Position numbers and translations under genes: made by a program. DNA of 64,000 nt from an uncultured Candidatus Saccharibacteria bacterium. Its GTDB lineage: Bacteria; Patescibacteriota; Minisyncoccia; Phycocordibacterales; UBA2100. Positions within the stretch are counted from its first letter, which is position 1. Each line of letters starts with the position of its first letter. The DNA lies in contig CAYRHX010000001.1 in assembly GCA_964424265.1 (NCBI GenBank), positions 128,498 to 192,497 of the forward strand, written 5' to 3'. This document shows positions 1 to 9,630 of this stretch, one piece after another. The notes under the pieces are model-generated. The model made no database searches and was not told the DNA's origin. It saw only the letters and a list, made by a program, of their open reading frames with translations.

Positions 1-11
1 TCGATGCGATC

Positions 12-620
12 ATGCCACCGCGCGAACGGACGGCGCGAACGAAAAGCCGCGAACCGGGAGACATCCCCCTCGTCCTTGAGGTGCATGACCTTCTAAAGGT
101 AAACATCACTACACTCATGGACTACCGCGAGTCGGCTGTGCAAGATCTCATACGCAGCCTCAAGTACGATGGTTCGGGACACGCGGCTCGACTTGCGGCG
201 ACGCTTCTAGCGGATTATCTTCGCGAAGAGATCTCGTCACATCGTGCTTTCAGCAAAAAGAAAATACTTATTGTCCCGGTACCGCTTCACGCATCTCGTG
301 CTCGTGAGCGCGGATTTAATCAGGTAGAGCTCGTCTTGAAAGCGCTGCCACGAGAATTCCTCGACGATACCGAGGCGATGATCGCACCCCGCGCACTCAC
401 GCGCACGAGAGAAACGAAATCACAAGCTCATCTTTGCCGCTCTGAGCGATTATCCAACGTCGCGGGAGCGTTCGTCGCGCCCAATGCGGCGCTCGTAAAC
501 AAAACCCATATATTTCTTATCGACGACGTGACCACCACGGGCGCCACACTCGCAAACGCCGCGACGCCTCTGCGGCGCGCTGGCGCGGAAGTCACCCTCC
601 TTGCGCTCGCGCGAGCGTAG
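12..620 (+). CDS. comF: ComF-family protein with a phosphoribosyltransferase domain; may be 5'-truncated by the window edge
   Basis: C-terminal type I PRTase motif LIDDVTTTGATL. ComF-like layout. No N-terminal zinc-finger in the ORF, which begins 11 nt from the window start. Confidence 0.55.
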   Translation: MPPRERTARTKSREPGDIPLVLEVHDLLKVNITTLMDYRESAVQDLIRSLKYDGSGHAARLAATLLADYLREEISSHRAFSKKKILIVPVPLHASRARERGFNQVELVLKALPREFLDDTEAMIAPRALTRTRETKSQAHLCRSERLSNVAGAFVAPNAALVNKTHIFLIDDVTTTGATLANAATPLRRAGAEVTLLALARA

Positions 621-633
621 TCGCTCGGATCAC

Positions 634-2061
634 TTATTCTACGCGGGAGGTGTTGGTCCGAATGTATCGCCGCAGCCGATCCGCATCGACATCAATCGTG
701 TGGAACGCATTGTCTTTGAGAGATTTCTCGAGATTGACGAATCGTGCGGGTCTCTCAGGCACTTCCCCCAGCGCCTCTCGTATCGTCTCTTCGAATTTCA
801 CTGGCAGCGCCGTCCCCATGCATATGATCGGCACGTCTCCACTCTCTTTCTTATACTCAAAGCCGACGGCCACGGCATCCGCAGTATGAGGATCAATGAC
901 GAAACCCGCCGTCTTGTATACGTCTTGTATGGCTCGCAACCTCTTTGCGTGCGTGGACCTTCCGCTCCTAAATCCTATTTCTTCAAACCGCTTTACGTTT
1001 ACCCCATAATCGCATACGTCCACGGTCTTCTTCTTTTCAAACTCATTCATGTATTTTTTGACATTACCGGCGCTGCCATCGAACACGTCGAAAACCAATC
1101 TTTCGTAATTTGATGCCTTAGATATGTCCATGGAGGGGCTTGAGGTGACCTTCGCTTCGGTGAGCGCGTATACGCCCGTCTTAAAGAGCGTGTCCATTAC
1201 CGCATTCTCGTTGGTCGCGACGACAAGGCGGCGGATCGGCACTCCCATTCGTTTGGCGATGTATCCGGACAGCACATCGCCAAAGTTGCCGGTGGGCACG
1301 ACGAAATCCACCTCGTCTCCGACGCGCTCTACCGCCTGTAAATATCCAGAAACAAAATACGGGACCTGCGAGGAGATCCTTCCCCAATTTATGGAATTCA
1401 CCGCGCCGAGCTTTGCAAATTCTTCTTCACCTTTTAGCTTCTTTACCAAGTCCTGGCAATCATCAAATCGTCCCCGCACACTGACATTGAAAATGTTGCC
1501 GCCGGTGAGGGCGCCCATTTGTGCTTTTTGAAAATGACTCATGCCTTCTTGAGGACTCAACATAAAGAGCGTAACGTTGGCAAGCCCCTTAAACGCAGCT
1601 TCTGCGGCCGATCCCGTGTCCCCCGAAGTCGCCCCGAGTATTGTCAGGTGTTCATAGCGTTTTTGCAGTTCATAATTCATCTCTTGTCCGAGTAATTGCA
1701 TCGCCATGTCCTTGAAAGCTGCCGTCGGCCCGAGCGAGAGCTGTTGCACGTAGAAACCATTCTCCACTTCCATCAAAGGGACAATATTGCCATCGAGAGC
1801 GCCGAACGCCTCTTCCGAATACGCCTTCCGTATGAGTTCGCGCAAATCCTTATCGGGAATGTCTCCGTCCACCAACTTCTTCTTTACCACAAACGCTATT
1901 TCAGCGTACGGCAATCCTTTGAGCTGCTGCAATTCTTCTCGCGAGATCTGTGGATACTCTGCCGGCACATATAATCCCCCATCAGGCGCGAGACCGGCGA
2001 GCAGGACATCGGTGTACGATTTTGCCGTTTTCGACTCGTCTCTCGTACTAATCATTTTCAT
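634..2061 (-). CDS. thrC: threonine synthase
   Basis: 475-aa ORF. N-terminus YVPAEYP...; PLP-lysine motif TAAFKDMAMQ. Length typical of ThrC. Confidence 0.9.
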   Translation of the reverse strand: MKMISTRDESKTAKSYTDVLLAGLAPDGGLYVPAEYPQISREELQQLKGLPYAEIAFVVKKKLVDGDIPDKDLRELIRKAYSEEAFGALDGNIVPLMEVENGFYVQQLSLGPTAAFKDMAMQLLGQEMNYELQKRYEHLTILGATSGDTGSAAEAAFKGLANVTLFMLSPQEGMSHFQKAQMGALTGGNIFNVSVRGRFDDCQDLVKKLKGEEEFAKLGAVNSINWGRISSQVPYFVSGYLQAVERVGDEVDFVVPTGNFGDVLSGYIAKRMGVPIRRLVVATNENAVMDTLFKTGVYALTEAKVTSSPSMDISKASNYERLVFDVFDGSAGNVKKYMNEFEKKKTVDVCDYGVNVKRFEEIGFRSGRSTHAKRLRAIQDVYKTAGFVIDPHTADAVAVGFEYKKESGDVPIICMGTALPVKFEETIREALGEVPERPARFVNLEKSLKDNAFHTIDVDADRLRRYIRTNTSRVE

Positions 2062-2083
2062 ATGGTTAGTCTCCGCAACTCAT

Positions 2084-2740
2084 TCACGCCCTTAAATATG
2101 ACTTTATGATATCGAGTGTCTCTCGGCCACTCTTGTCGTGTAAGGTTTCGGCCGAGATATTGATGTGCGAGAGCGCGCGGTACCTTTTGAGCCGATCGGA
2201 CAAGAGAATAGGATAACAGCGCTCGAGTGTCTGTTTTTCTGTTTCGCCTTTTTTCGGAATAAATGCGCCATTCCACGTGACAGGTTTTGGGTTCTCAACA
2301 AATTTCTTCATCATCTTGTCGATCGCCGCCTCTTCAACAACCACATTCACGATCAAGCAGTTCTCTTTGAGCCATGCGAGGGTAGATGCCTGAAGATAAA
2401 TCACGCTGCCCGTCGTGTCGAATACAAGATTTTTTCCACCCGTGTGCACAAAATCCACTTTTGTATATTTGCCTTCAGCTGCTAGATATTTCTTCTCACG
2501 CTCTGGATACCCCTTACCACTTGGATATCCAAGCCACCGCGATATTTCCTCCATCGAGGTAAATCCAAACGACTTGAGTATTTCTTCATCGACCTGATAC
2601 CACATAAAACCGGACTGGTCGCGAAGCACTTTTGAGCGATAACTCTTCCCTACATTCGACATCCCGACGAAGGCAAGCCGAAACGTGCCGTTTGCAATAT
2701 GCGCCTCATATTCGACTCGAGTAAGGTTTTCTGACTCCAT
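2084..2740 (-). CDS. P-loop NTPase, kinase-like (AAA_33/zeta-like); function unknown
   Basis: Walker A FVGMSNVGKSY near the N-terminus. 218 aa. No further family assignment possible by eye. Confidence 0.5.
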   Translation of the reverse strand: MESENLTRVEYEAHIANGTFRLAFVGMSNVGKSYRSKVLRDQSGFMWYQVDEEILKSFGFTSMEEISRWLGYPSGKGYPEREKKYLAAEGKYTKVDFVHTGGKNLVFDTTGSVIYLQASTLAWLKENCLIVNVVVEEAAIDKMMKKFVENPKPVTWNGAFIPKKGETEKQTLERCYPILLSDRLKRYRALSHINISAETLHDKSGRETLDIIKSYLRA

Positions 2741-2829
2741 TCGGATAAAGGTACCCAGATTCCGATATATTACAAGGTGACCTTCGAATGCACCTTTGCA
2801 AAGACTGCTGAGCCAGTCTTATACAGCAA

Positions 2830-3489
2830 CTACAAATCAATGAGGTCGAGATATCCTATTACATCTTCGATGGTATCGGCATACAAATCGGCCCCCTCTT
2901 GCTTGTATCCTTCTGGCAGGTTGGTACTGAGCCCAATAACAAATGCGCCCGCCGCCTTGCCCGCGGCAATGCCAGAATTTGAATCTTCAAGAATGATCGT
3001 GTCCTCAGGCGTCACCTCTAGTAATCGCATTGCTTCTTGGTAGCCATCTGGGTGCGGCTTATGTCGTAAGTCCGATCGTTCCGAAAGCGACAATACGAGT
3101 GAAAGATCACCAGCAAAGGTAAGCCTTGGGAGCATAAAATTGATCCATTCCGATCGAGAGGCAGAAACAATCCCCATCAGATAACCACGCTCATGTAATA
3201 CCTTGCCGAGCTCATCAATGCCCTGAGTCATCGAAGCCAAGTCATAAATGCGATTCGCCTCGGCATCGTGTAATGCGATGTATGTTGCTTCATCAAAATC
3301 TGCACCCAATTCACGAGCTTTCTTGAATATTGTAGCGCCACTCATTCCAATTGTGCTACCGACCCTTTTCATAACCTCCTCGCCAAAAAGATCCGTCAAG
3401 AAACGCGCACCATGCCTCACCCATGTTCGCTCAGTATCAATGAGCACGCCGTCCATATCGAAAAGAAAAGCTTTTTTTCCAGATGACAT
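2830..3489 (-). CDS. HAD-superfamily hydrolase (beta-phosphoglucomutase-like)
   Basis: Motif I FLFDMDGVLIDTE and C-terminal LEDSNSGIAAGKAAG (HAD motifs III/IV). Start chosen at MSSGKKAFLFDMDG (3489). The longer ORF runs to 3576 but would abut the tRNA. Confidence 0.75.
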   Translation of the reverse strand: MSSGKKAFLFDMDGVLIDTERTWVRHGARFLTDLFGEEVMKRVGSTIGMSGATIFKKARELGADFDEATYIALHDAEANRIYDLASMTQGIDELGKVLHERGYLMGIVSASRSEWINFMLPRLTFAGDLSLVLSLSERSDLRHKPHPDGYQEAMRLLEVTPEDTIILEDSNSGIAAGKAAGAFVIGLSTNLPEGYKQEGADLYADTIEDVIGYLDLIDL

Positions 3490-3574
3490 ATGTAAGGTAC
3501 CCCTTCGCTGTCGCTGTGCTCCGACTTTTTTTCCGAGCCATGAAGCAATGGTATACCTCCGTTTACTGCTACAC

Positions 3575-3667
<93 letters not shown>

Positions 3668-3805
3668 ATTTGTCGCCTATCCGTGCAAGCCGTACTTCAT
3701 TCTCAGCTCTTCTCGTTTATACCCTTTTTTGTACTCTTTTTCCAGTTTACGAGCCTCTTCTTCCGAAACACAGTCGATACATTCGAGAAGTATCATTTAA
3801 AATTC

Positions 3806-4141
3806 TCAGAGAATCTTCTGGATAAACCAGCCCGAGATCGAGAGCACTACCGCACCGAGAAGCGCTGCGAAAAAGCCACTCACCACAAACCCCGGTACAA
3901 TGAGCGTAACAGCCCAAAAAAGAAACGCGTTGAGGAATAGAGAAAAAAGGCCGAAGGTGACGATGGTGATGTGAAGGGTCAAGATCGAGAGAACGGGCTT
4001 AATGACTATCGCAATGACGGACCACACCAAAGCAACCAAGAGCGTTGTCTCCCAACCACCCTCCACAGTGATCCCAGGTACAAGCTTCACCGTAAGTACG
4101 ACAGCTGCAACTGTACCGAGATATCGAAGTATCGCGTGCAT
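3806..4141 (-). CDS. small four-TM membrane protein, phage-holin-4/DUF360 (YvlD)-like
   Basis: Highly hydrophobic 111-aa product with four predicted TM segments. Start taken at MHAILRYLG; the ORF could extend to 4210. Confidence 0.45.
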   Translation of the reverse strand: MHAILRYLGTVAAVVLTVKLVPGITVEGGWETTLLVALVWSVIAIVIKPVLSILTLHITIVTFGLFSLFLNAFLFWAVTLIVPGFVVSGFFAALLGAVVLSISGWFIQKIL

Positions 4142-4244
4142 GATGAATTGGAGTTGGTGAGATGGTATAGCTTTTAGTCGATTCCCGCAAATATTCAACC
4201 AACTCTTCAACCAACCAACAGCGAGGCAGGGTGATGTCTTGAGG

Positions 4245-4330
4245 AACCCCCGCAGAGCTTGGCTCGAGGATTGAGGATTTTTTCAGCAGGAAAAATCCGT
4301 GTTCAGAAAGGCAGCACCCCGCCGAGCGCC
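4245..4330. repeat. intergenic hairpin repeat element, copy 1 (core GAGGATTGAGGATTTTTTCAGCAGGAAAAATCCG)
   Basis: Near-identical core also at 39047-39080. A diverged copy sits at 12086-12113. The AU-rich 8-bp stem GGAUUUUU/AAAAAUCC has a CAGCAG loop. Confidence 0.6.
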
Positions 4331-4332
4331 CT

Positions 4333-4482
4333 CTACCATCCGCCCCTCTCCTCATCGGCATCCACTTCAGCAACAAGCGGATCGGCGAGCAAGTGCGCAT
4401 CATCGTCTTCGTCTACTTCGTCGAGCACGCTGTCCGGGACGACTTTGTCTTTGTCCTCTTCTTCGTCTTCATGATGAACCAT
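4333..4482 (-). CDS. hypothetical 49-aa highly acidic peptide (MVHHEDEEEDKDKVVPDSVLDEVDEDDDAHLLADPLVAEVDADEERGGW)
   Basis: Short ORF below the track cutoff, found by reading the minus strand. Lies immediately upstream of hairpin repeat copy 1. Coding status unproven. Confidence 0.2.
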   Translation of the reverse strand: MVHHEDEEEDKDKVVPDSVLDEVDEDDDAHLLADPLVAEVDADEERGGW

Positions 4483-4580
4483 AACGATAACTTCAATATA
4501 AATTTCTTATTAACACGAATATCTTACTGGCACACCGCCCGTGTGCAATATTGAAACGATACAAACTGTGAATAACTCAA

Positions 4581-6767
4581 ATGTATACTGTCCACATGTC
4601 CCCCAAAGACCTGATGACTCAGCACTTCCGTCTCACACCAATTCAATTGGGTGGATTCAAAAAGCTCGGTATCGGGACAATTCGGGATCTTCTGTACCAC
4701 TTCCCCGCTCGCTATGATGTGGGCGGGGGCGAATCGTCCGTTGCAACTTTGACCGCAGGAACATCTGTCACTGTATATGGCACCATCGGCAAGCTGGAGA
4801 CACGACGATCCTGGAAACGCAAAATTCCCGTGGGCGAAGCAACGATCACCGATGCGTCAGGATCGATCAAGGTCATGTGGTTCCACCAACCATATGTAGT
4901 CAAAAAATTCTCCGAGGGGATGTTTGTAAAGGCGGTTGGTACTGTTTCCGGAAACGCTGGTAAGCCGTACCTCGCCAATCCGCACGTGGAAGTAGCGGAT
5001 CCGGCCGAAGTTGGCCTTTTTACCCCTCGAAAATACGGCAGTCAGACTACCGTATTTCCTGAAACGACAGACTACTTTGCCGTCTACCCCGAATCACGAG
5101 GTGTCACGTCTCTATGGTTCAGACATGCTATTGAAAAACTCTATTCGAGCGGTGCATTCGATACTATGGTCGACCCGATTCCCAAAGACATAATCGATCG
5201 ATACCATCTCCCCGATCTTAAGAGCGCTCTTTTGTACATTCACAAGCCAGGTGAACTCAAACACGCGGAGGCCGCGCGCAAGCGCTTTGCCTTCGAAGAG
5301 ATTCTTGCCATTCAGATCACGCGCGCGATGGAGCGAGCTCTCAATGACGCTCAAGCTTCATTCCCCATTCGAGAGGGTGCGGGACTCGCGGAGCGTTTCC
5401 TTACAACAATACCGTTCCCACCGACAAAAGCTCAGGGACGTGCCATCGCCGACATTGTGGCTGACTTCGGGAAGACGCATCCTATGGCACGACTCCTCGA
5501 GGGAGATGTGGGGAGCGGGAAGACGCTCGTGGCTGCGGCAACAGCATATGCGGTCGTCAATAGCCGCCCACCGAATCGCACTTCGGGTACATTGCAGGTC
5601 GCATACATGGCACCGACCGAGATACTTGCCAATCAACATTTCCAATCGTTCGTCGAATATTTCAAAGAACTTCCCATTAATATCGCCCTCATGACAGGGA
5701 GTGGTTGCAAGAAATTCCCCTCAAAGGTCGCGAAAGGTGCGGCGACCGACATTTCGCGAGCACAACTTTTGAAGTGGGTTGCAAGTGGTGAGATCGCCAT
5801 GCTCGTGGGGACCCACGCGCTCATCCAAAAATCGGTGAAATTCCAACACCTCGCATACGCGATCGTCGATGAGCAGCACCGATTCGGCACGCGCCAACGA
5901 CGCGCGCTCGCACATAAGGGCGACGCGACGCCCCACTTCCTTTCGATGACGGCGACCCCAATACCGCGCACGCTTTCACTCACCCTCTATGGCGATCTCG
6001 ATCTCTCACTTCTCGACGAATTACCGCCAGGGCGCGCAAAGATCGCAACGAAGATCGTTAAGCCCGATCGAAGAAAAGATGCGTATGAAGCGATACGCGC
6101 CGAATTACAAAAAGGAAGGCAAGCGTATGTGATATGCCCACGCATAGAGGAGCCAGACCCAGCCAAGATCAACGCCCTTCAAGCAACATCCGCCAAGGCC
6201 GAAGCCAAACGCCTGCAAGCAGAAGTGTTTCCAGAGTACGAGATCGGACTCCTGCATGGCGCCATGAAGCCGCGCGACAAAGATGAGGTGATGCGACGCT
6301 TTACGAATGGAGAATTGCATATCCTCGTCGCGACATCAGTAGTGGAAGTGGGAGTAAATGTGCCAAACGCGACGGCAATCATGATAGAAGGCGCAGAGCG
6401 ATTCGGCCTCGCACAACTGCATCAGCTGCGAGGACGCGTCATGCGGTCATCTCACCCACCCGTGTGTTTTCTCCTTACAGAATCGAAGAGCGACATATCA
6501 CTCAAGCGTTTAAGAACGCTCGAGGCAACAGACGACGGGTTTAAGCTCGCCGAAGCAGACCTCGAAAATCGAGGCGCGGGCGATCTCTTCGGACGACAGC
6601 AGTGGGGCGTCTCAGACATTGGCATGGAAGCGCTTAAGAATCCCCGGCTTATTAAGGCAGCTCGTGAGGAAGCGCGAGGCATCGTCTCCCACGATCCGCA
6701 ACTTGCGAACAATACGATCCTCGCCGAACGTGTCGCAAACTCGGGGCGAGAGCTCCATGGAGAATAG
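4581..6767 (+). CDS. recG: ATP-dependent DNA helicase RecG
   Basis: 728 aa. Walker A GDVGSGKT; DEQHRFG (motif II); helicase C motifs; N-terminal wedge domain. Typical RecG length. Confidence 0.9.
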   Translation: MYTVHMSPKDLMTQHFRLTPIQLGGFKKLGIGTIRDLLYHFPARYDVGGGESSVATLTAGTSVTVYGTIGKLETRRSWKRKIPVGEATITDASGSIKVMWFHQPYVVKKFSEGMFVKAVGTVSGNAGKPYLANPHVEVADPAEVGLFTPRKYGSQTTVFPETTDYFAVYPESRGVTSLWFRHAIEKLYSSGAFDTMVDPIPKDIIDRYHLPDLKSALLYIHKPGELKHAEAARKRFAFEEILAIQITRAMERALNDAQASFPIREGAGLAERFLTTIPFPPTKAQGRAIADIVADFGKTHPMARLLEGDVGSGKTLVAAATAYAVVNSRPPNRTSGTLQVAYMAPTEILANQHFQSFVEYFKELPINIALMTGSGCKKFPSKVAKGAATDISRAQLLKWVASGEIAMLVGTHALIQKSVKFQHLAYAIVDEQHRFGTRQRRALAHKGDATPHFLSMTATPIPRTLSLTLYGDLDLSLLDELPPGRAKIATKIVKPDRRKDAYEAIRAELQKGRQAYVICPRIEEPDPAKINALQATSAKAEAKRLQAEVFPEYEIGLLHGAMKPRDKDEVMRRFTNGELHILVATSVVEVGVNVPNATAIMIEGAERFGLAQLHQLRGRVMRSSHPPVCFLLTESKSDISLKRLRTLEATDDGFKLAEADLENRGAGDLFGRQQWGVSDIGMEALKNPRLIKAAREEARGIVSHDPQLANNTILAERVANSGRELHGE

Positions 6768-6808
6768 AGCCTTCACCAACAGCCCCGTCTAACAGGGAGG
6801 CTACAGGG

Positions 6809-7723
6809 TTAGCGTGCTTCGACGACGATAGTAGCTGAAGCCATGAGTTCTTGATTCTCTGCACACACAGCGGCTCCCGCTGCGCATGCCCCGATCTTTG
6901 AAGAGATGAGTCTTGCTGAGTACCGACCGGGAGAGGTGTACGAATGTACATGCACTCCCGAATCCAAACTGCATACTCCTGAGGACGAACATCCTGATAT
7001 TTTCTCTATAGAATTGTCACCATACTCTATTTTGTATGAGACGCCGAGAGACGACACGGAGCTGGGGATCTTTGTCGTGAACGTGACGAGAAGTGGCGAT
7101 AGACCTGAAGTTGGAGATGCAGAAAATGCATCGGATACAAGATCACGGCCCGGCATGGCGATGGAGCAGCGATACGAAACAGTACATCCACGCACATCGA
7201 CATTGGCTCGCCAACCTGTGGAGCAGGCAGACGAAGGAGGAGGCGCCGCGGGACACGTCACGACCTTAACCGCATTGCATTGGGTAGTGATCATGGATCG
7301 AGTACGTGCACCGACCATTCCCCATCCCGTCGATGCGGGCGTCCCTGTGGCCACAACTTTATAGGTTGCTTGCCACTTTTGCACCGCGCTCTCTGTACGA
7401 GGGCCGAAAATCCCGGAATCAGAGCCGGCCGTCAAAATACCGAGAGATATGAGATATTTCTGTAGAGATTGCACATCCGGGCCGTTCATGCCGCGCGACA
7501 AATTGCGCTGAAGCGTAGGGCAAGAATTGTTGCTCGAAACGTTCGCTTGCGCGCCGTTCCCCGGGACAACGGTGACGGGACGCGCTTGATTCTTAAGCGC
7601 AGCGAGTTGCAGTAGCATGCTTTGCATCTGGGCCATCAACTCTTCAGCTGTAGCGGCAGAAGAAATGATCGGTGTGAGCACCATAAGCCCAAGCACTGCG
7701 GCGCACGCAATGTTTCTTTTCAT
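6809..7723 (-). CDS. secreted protein with peptidoglycan-binding (PG_binding_1) domain
   Basis: N-terminal signal/TM, coiled LQ-rich segment, and PG-binding-like GPDVQSLQKYLISLGIL...GIFGPRTESAVQKWQ. Paralog of 7727..9526 and 25970..27469. Confidence 0.7.
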   Translation of the reverse strand: MKRNIACAAVLGLMVLTPIISSAATAEELMAQMQSMLLQLAALKNQARPVTVVPGNGAQANVSSNNSCPTLQRNLSRGMNGPDVQSLQKYLISLGILTAGSDSGIFGPRTESAVQKWQATYKVVATGTPASTGWGMVGARTRSMITTQCNAVKVVTCPAAPPPSSACSTGWRANVDVRGCTVSYRCSIAMPGRDLVSDAFSASPTSGLSPLLVTFTTKIPSSVSSLGVSYKIEYGDNSIEKISGCSSSGVCSLDSGVHVHSYTSPGRYSARLISSKIGACAAGAAVCAENQELMASATIVVEAR

Positions 7724-7726
7724 GGA

Positions 7727-9526
7727 TTACTGTGGGTATACGATCGTGAGCGAACTCTGATCAACGCGCGAGAGCGAGGCCCCTCGCTTTAAGATGATGT
7801 TATATGTGCCAGCCGCAGCGTATTGATGCACAAATGTCTTCTGTACGGGAGTTTGCGAACATGACAGCCCACCATCAGGCTGACTGGTAGTGGAGGAGAA
7901 ATAATCTCCCCAATCCAAAGTATAACCAGTGCAAGCCGATGCGAGATCAAAACTGATTGCGAACTGGAGAGGGTCAGTCCCCGAAGGAGTGACCACCGGA
8001 ACCGCGTATGAGTACGACCCTGCTGTGCCCGTGACCGTTGTAGTCGCGAGAGTAACTACAGGAGTTGTGGCGGGAGTCACCGGTACTCCGAAACCTACGA
8101 TGATGGTCGCCGAACCCACGATCGGTTGCGAAGCCCCCGCACCGCCTTGATAGAGAGTCGCTCTAAATCCGCCGCTCTTGGTATAGGTGTGCGTGACGGT
8201 GTAGTTGAGCCAGCTCCCGATGCTCCCCGGGAGATTTACGGTAGCTTGATTTCCATCTCCGAAATCCAAGACAGACGCGCAACCATCTTCACAAAATCCA
8301 GCGTCGTTGCTGTTTACCACTCCTGAAAACGTAACGGTGAGGGGCGCGTTGCCGGAGAGCGGAGCAACGTTGAATGTCTCGCGCGGGAGGCCTGGGGTAA
8401 AGACGGGTGGAGGTGATCCGCGTACCGTCACTGTTGCAGATGTCTCATGACCGCCCGCGGAAAGTTTGACAGTATATACGCCGCCATATTTATAGGTATG
8501 CGGATATACTTGGCTTGATTGATTGCAGAGACCAGCAGCAACTGGGATTTGGAGAGGCGCACTCCCATCGCCGAAATCTAAGAGGTAGGTCGCTGTCTGA
8601 CACGAATTCGTTGTGTTGACTGTCGCTGTCACTTTCACGACAAGAGGCGCTTCGCCTGTAATTGGTGAAACAGATATGAGTCCGCCAACTTGTGGCACAA
8701 CGTTTGTGTTGATGATGGGACCAGGCACCCCTGCATAACTCCCCGTTGTGCACAAAAGCGCTATCGCCGCAGCGGTGCGTGGGCCCACGACACCAAATCC
8801 CGTCGAATCGGGTGAACCCGAAGAGACCACATTATATTTGGTCTGCCAGCGTTGCACGGCCTTTTCCGTGAGAGGGCCATAATATCCCGTTACCGTTCCC
8901 TCGGGATAGATTCCAATATCTCGAGCAAGAAATTGCTGTAGTCGTGTCACATCGCTACCAGAGACTCCACGCTTCAAGACCCGTCCCACGAGCGGACATG
9001 CGTTCGAATCCGATACCGCCAACCCCGCGTTGCTACCGGAAGTATTCTGTCCTTTGAGAGCGTTCAGTTGGTTCGAAAGCGTTTGTAATTGCGCCTGTAA
9101 TTGTGCAACAGAAGCTGTCGTACTCGCCTTCGCCGCGACCACGGGAGCGATTGCCGTTATCACACCTGAAAAGTTCGTTCCGTGAATTTTGCAGTGGTAC
9201 GGATATTTACCTGCAATGTTGAAAATCGCCGCAAACGATTGCCCAGGCGCAAGAGTAACGCTTTCGAAGCTTCCATCATCCGAAGTTACCGTGTGCGATG
9301 TCGCGCCGTTATTTATCCATCGAACGGTATCCCCCGGGGCAACTGTCGCGCTCATGGGCACATACCCGCTATCATTGATAGCGATATCTACTTGCGCGGC
9401 AAAACTCATACGGGGAAACCAAAAAAGAGCGATTGTTAAAAGAACCAGAATAGACGAATAGGAAAAACGGAGAGAGTGTCGCATTGAAGTATTGTGGCAC
9501 GGCTGACTTTCAACGCAACTCCACAA
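7727..9526 (-). CDS. secreted multidomain protein: cupredoxin-like domain, PG-binding domain and Ig/PKD-like repeats
   Basis: Signal peptide. Blue-copper-like segment (TSHTVTS...YPYHCKIHG). PG_binding_1-like SDVTRLQQFLARDIGIYPEGTVTGYYGPLTEKAVQRWQ. C-terminal beta-rich repeats with DFGDG motifs. Confidence 0.7.
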   Translation of the reverse strand: MWSCVESQPCHNTSMRHSLRFSYSSILVLLTIALFWFPRMSFAAQVDIAINDSGYVPMSATVAPGDTVRWINNGATSHTVTSDDGSFESVTLAPGQSFAAIFNIAGKYPYHCKIHGTNFSGVITAIAPVVAAKASTTASVAQLQAQLQTLSNQLNALKGQNTSGSNAGLAVSDSNACPLVGRVLKRGVSGSDVTRLQQFLARDIGIYPEGTVTGYYGPLTEKAVQRWQTKYNVVSSGSPDSTGFGVVGPRTAAAIALLCTTGSYAGVPGPIINTNVVPQVGGLISVSPITGEAPLVVKVTATVNTTNSCQTATYLLDFGDGSAPLQIPVAAGLCNQSSQVYPHTYKYGGVYTVKLSAGGHETSATVTVRGSPPPVFTPGLPRETFNVAPLSGNAPLTVTFSGVVNSNDAGFCEDGCASVLDFGDGNQATVNLPGSIGSWLNYTVTHTYTKSGGFRATLYQGGAGASQPIVGSATIIVGFGVPVTPATTPVVTLATTTVTGTAGSYSYAVPVVTPSGTDPLQFAISFDLASACTGYTLDWGDYFSSTTSQPDGGLSCSQTPVQKTFVHQYAAAGTYNIILKRGASLSRVDQSSLTIVYPQ

Positions 9527-9547
9527 TACACAGAGTAATTCGTGTTT

Positions 9548-9625
9548 GTCCGCCCTCTTGGACTCGAACCAAGGATCCTCGAGAATATCTCCGATATGGT
9601 GTCATCGCTCGGAGGAACTGCAAGT
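9548..9625 (-). ncRNA. tRNA-like fragment (T-arm GGTTCGAGTCC plus 3' acceptor-like strand) with no matching 5' acceptor strand
   Basis: Reverse complement ...CCTTGGTTCGAGTCCAAGAGGGCGGACA resembles a tRNA 3' half. No complementary 5' acceptor found within the ~80 nt available. Contains GGATCCTCGAG palindromes. Confidence 0.3.
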
Positions 9626-9630
9626 GTCTG

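Noticed and set aside
601-1113. Plus-strand ORFs 601..1113, 650..889 and 1124..1531
   Set aside because: Lie antisense within thrC. Low-complexity products.
4259-4484. Ser/Thr/Ala-rich plus-strand ORFs (4259..4474, 4299..4484)
   Set aside because: Low-complexity translations of the strand opposite the acidic-peptide frame. Probably non-coding.
9571-9583. Adjacent GGATCC and CTCGAG sites (vector polylinker-like) in the tRNA-like fragment
   Set aside because: Short palindromes are expected by chance in a T-arm/stem context. Nothing else vector-like surrounds them.
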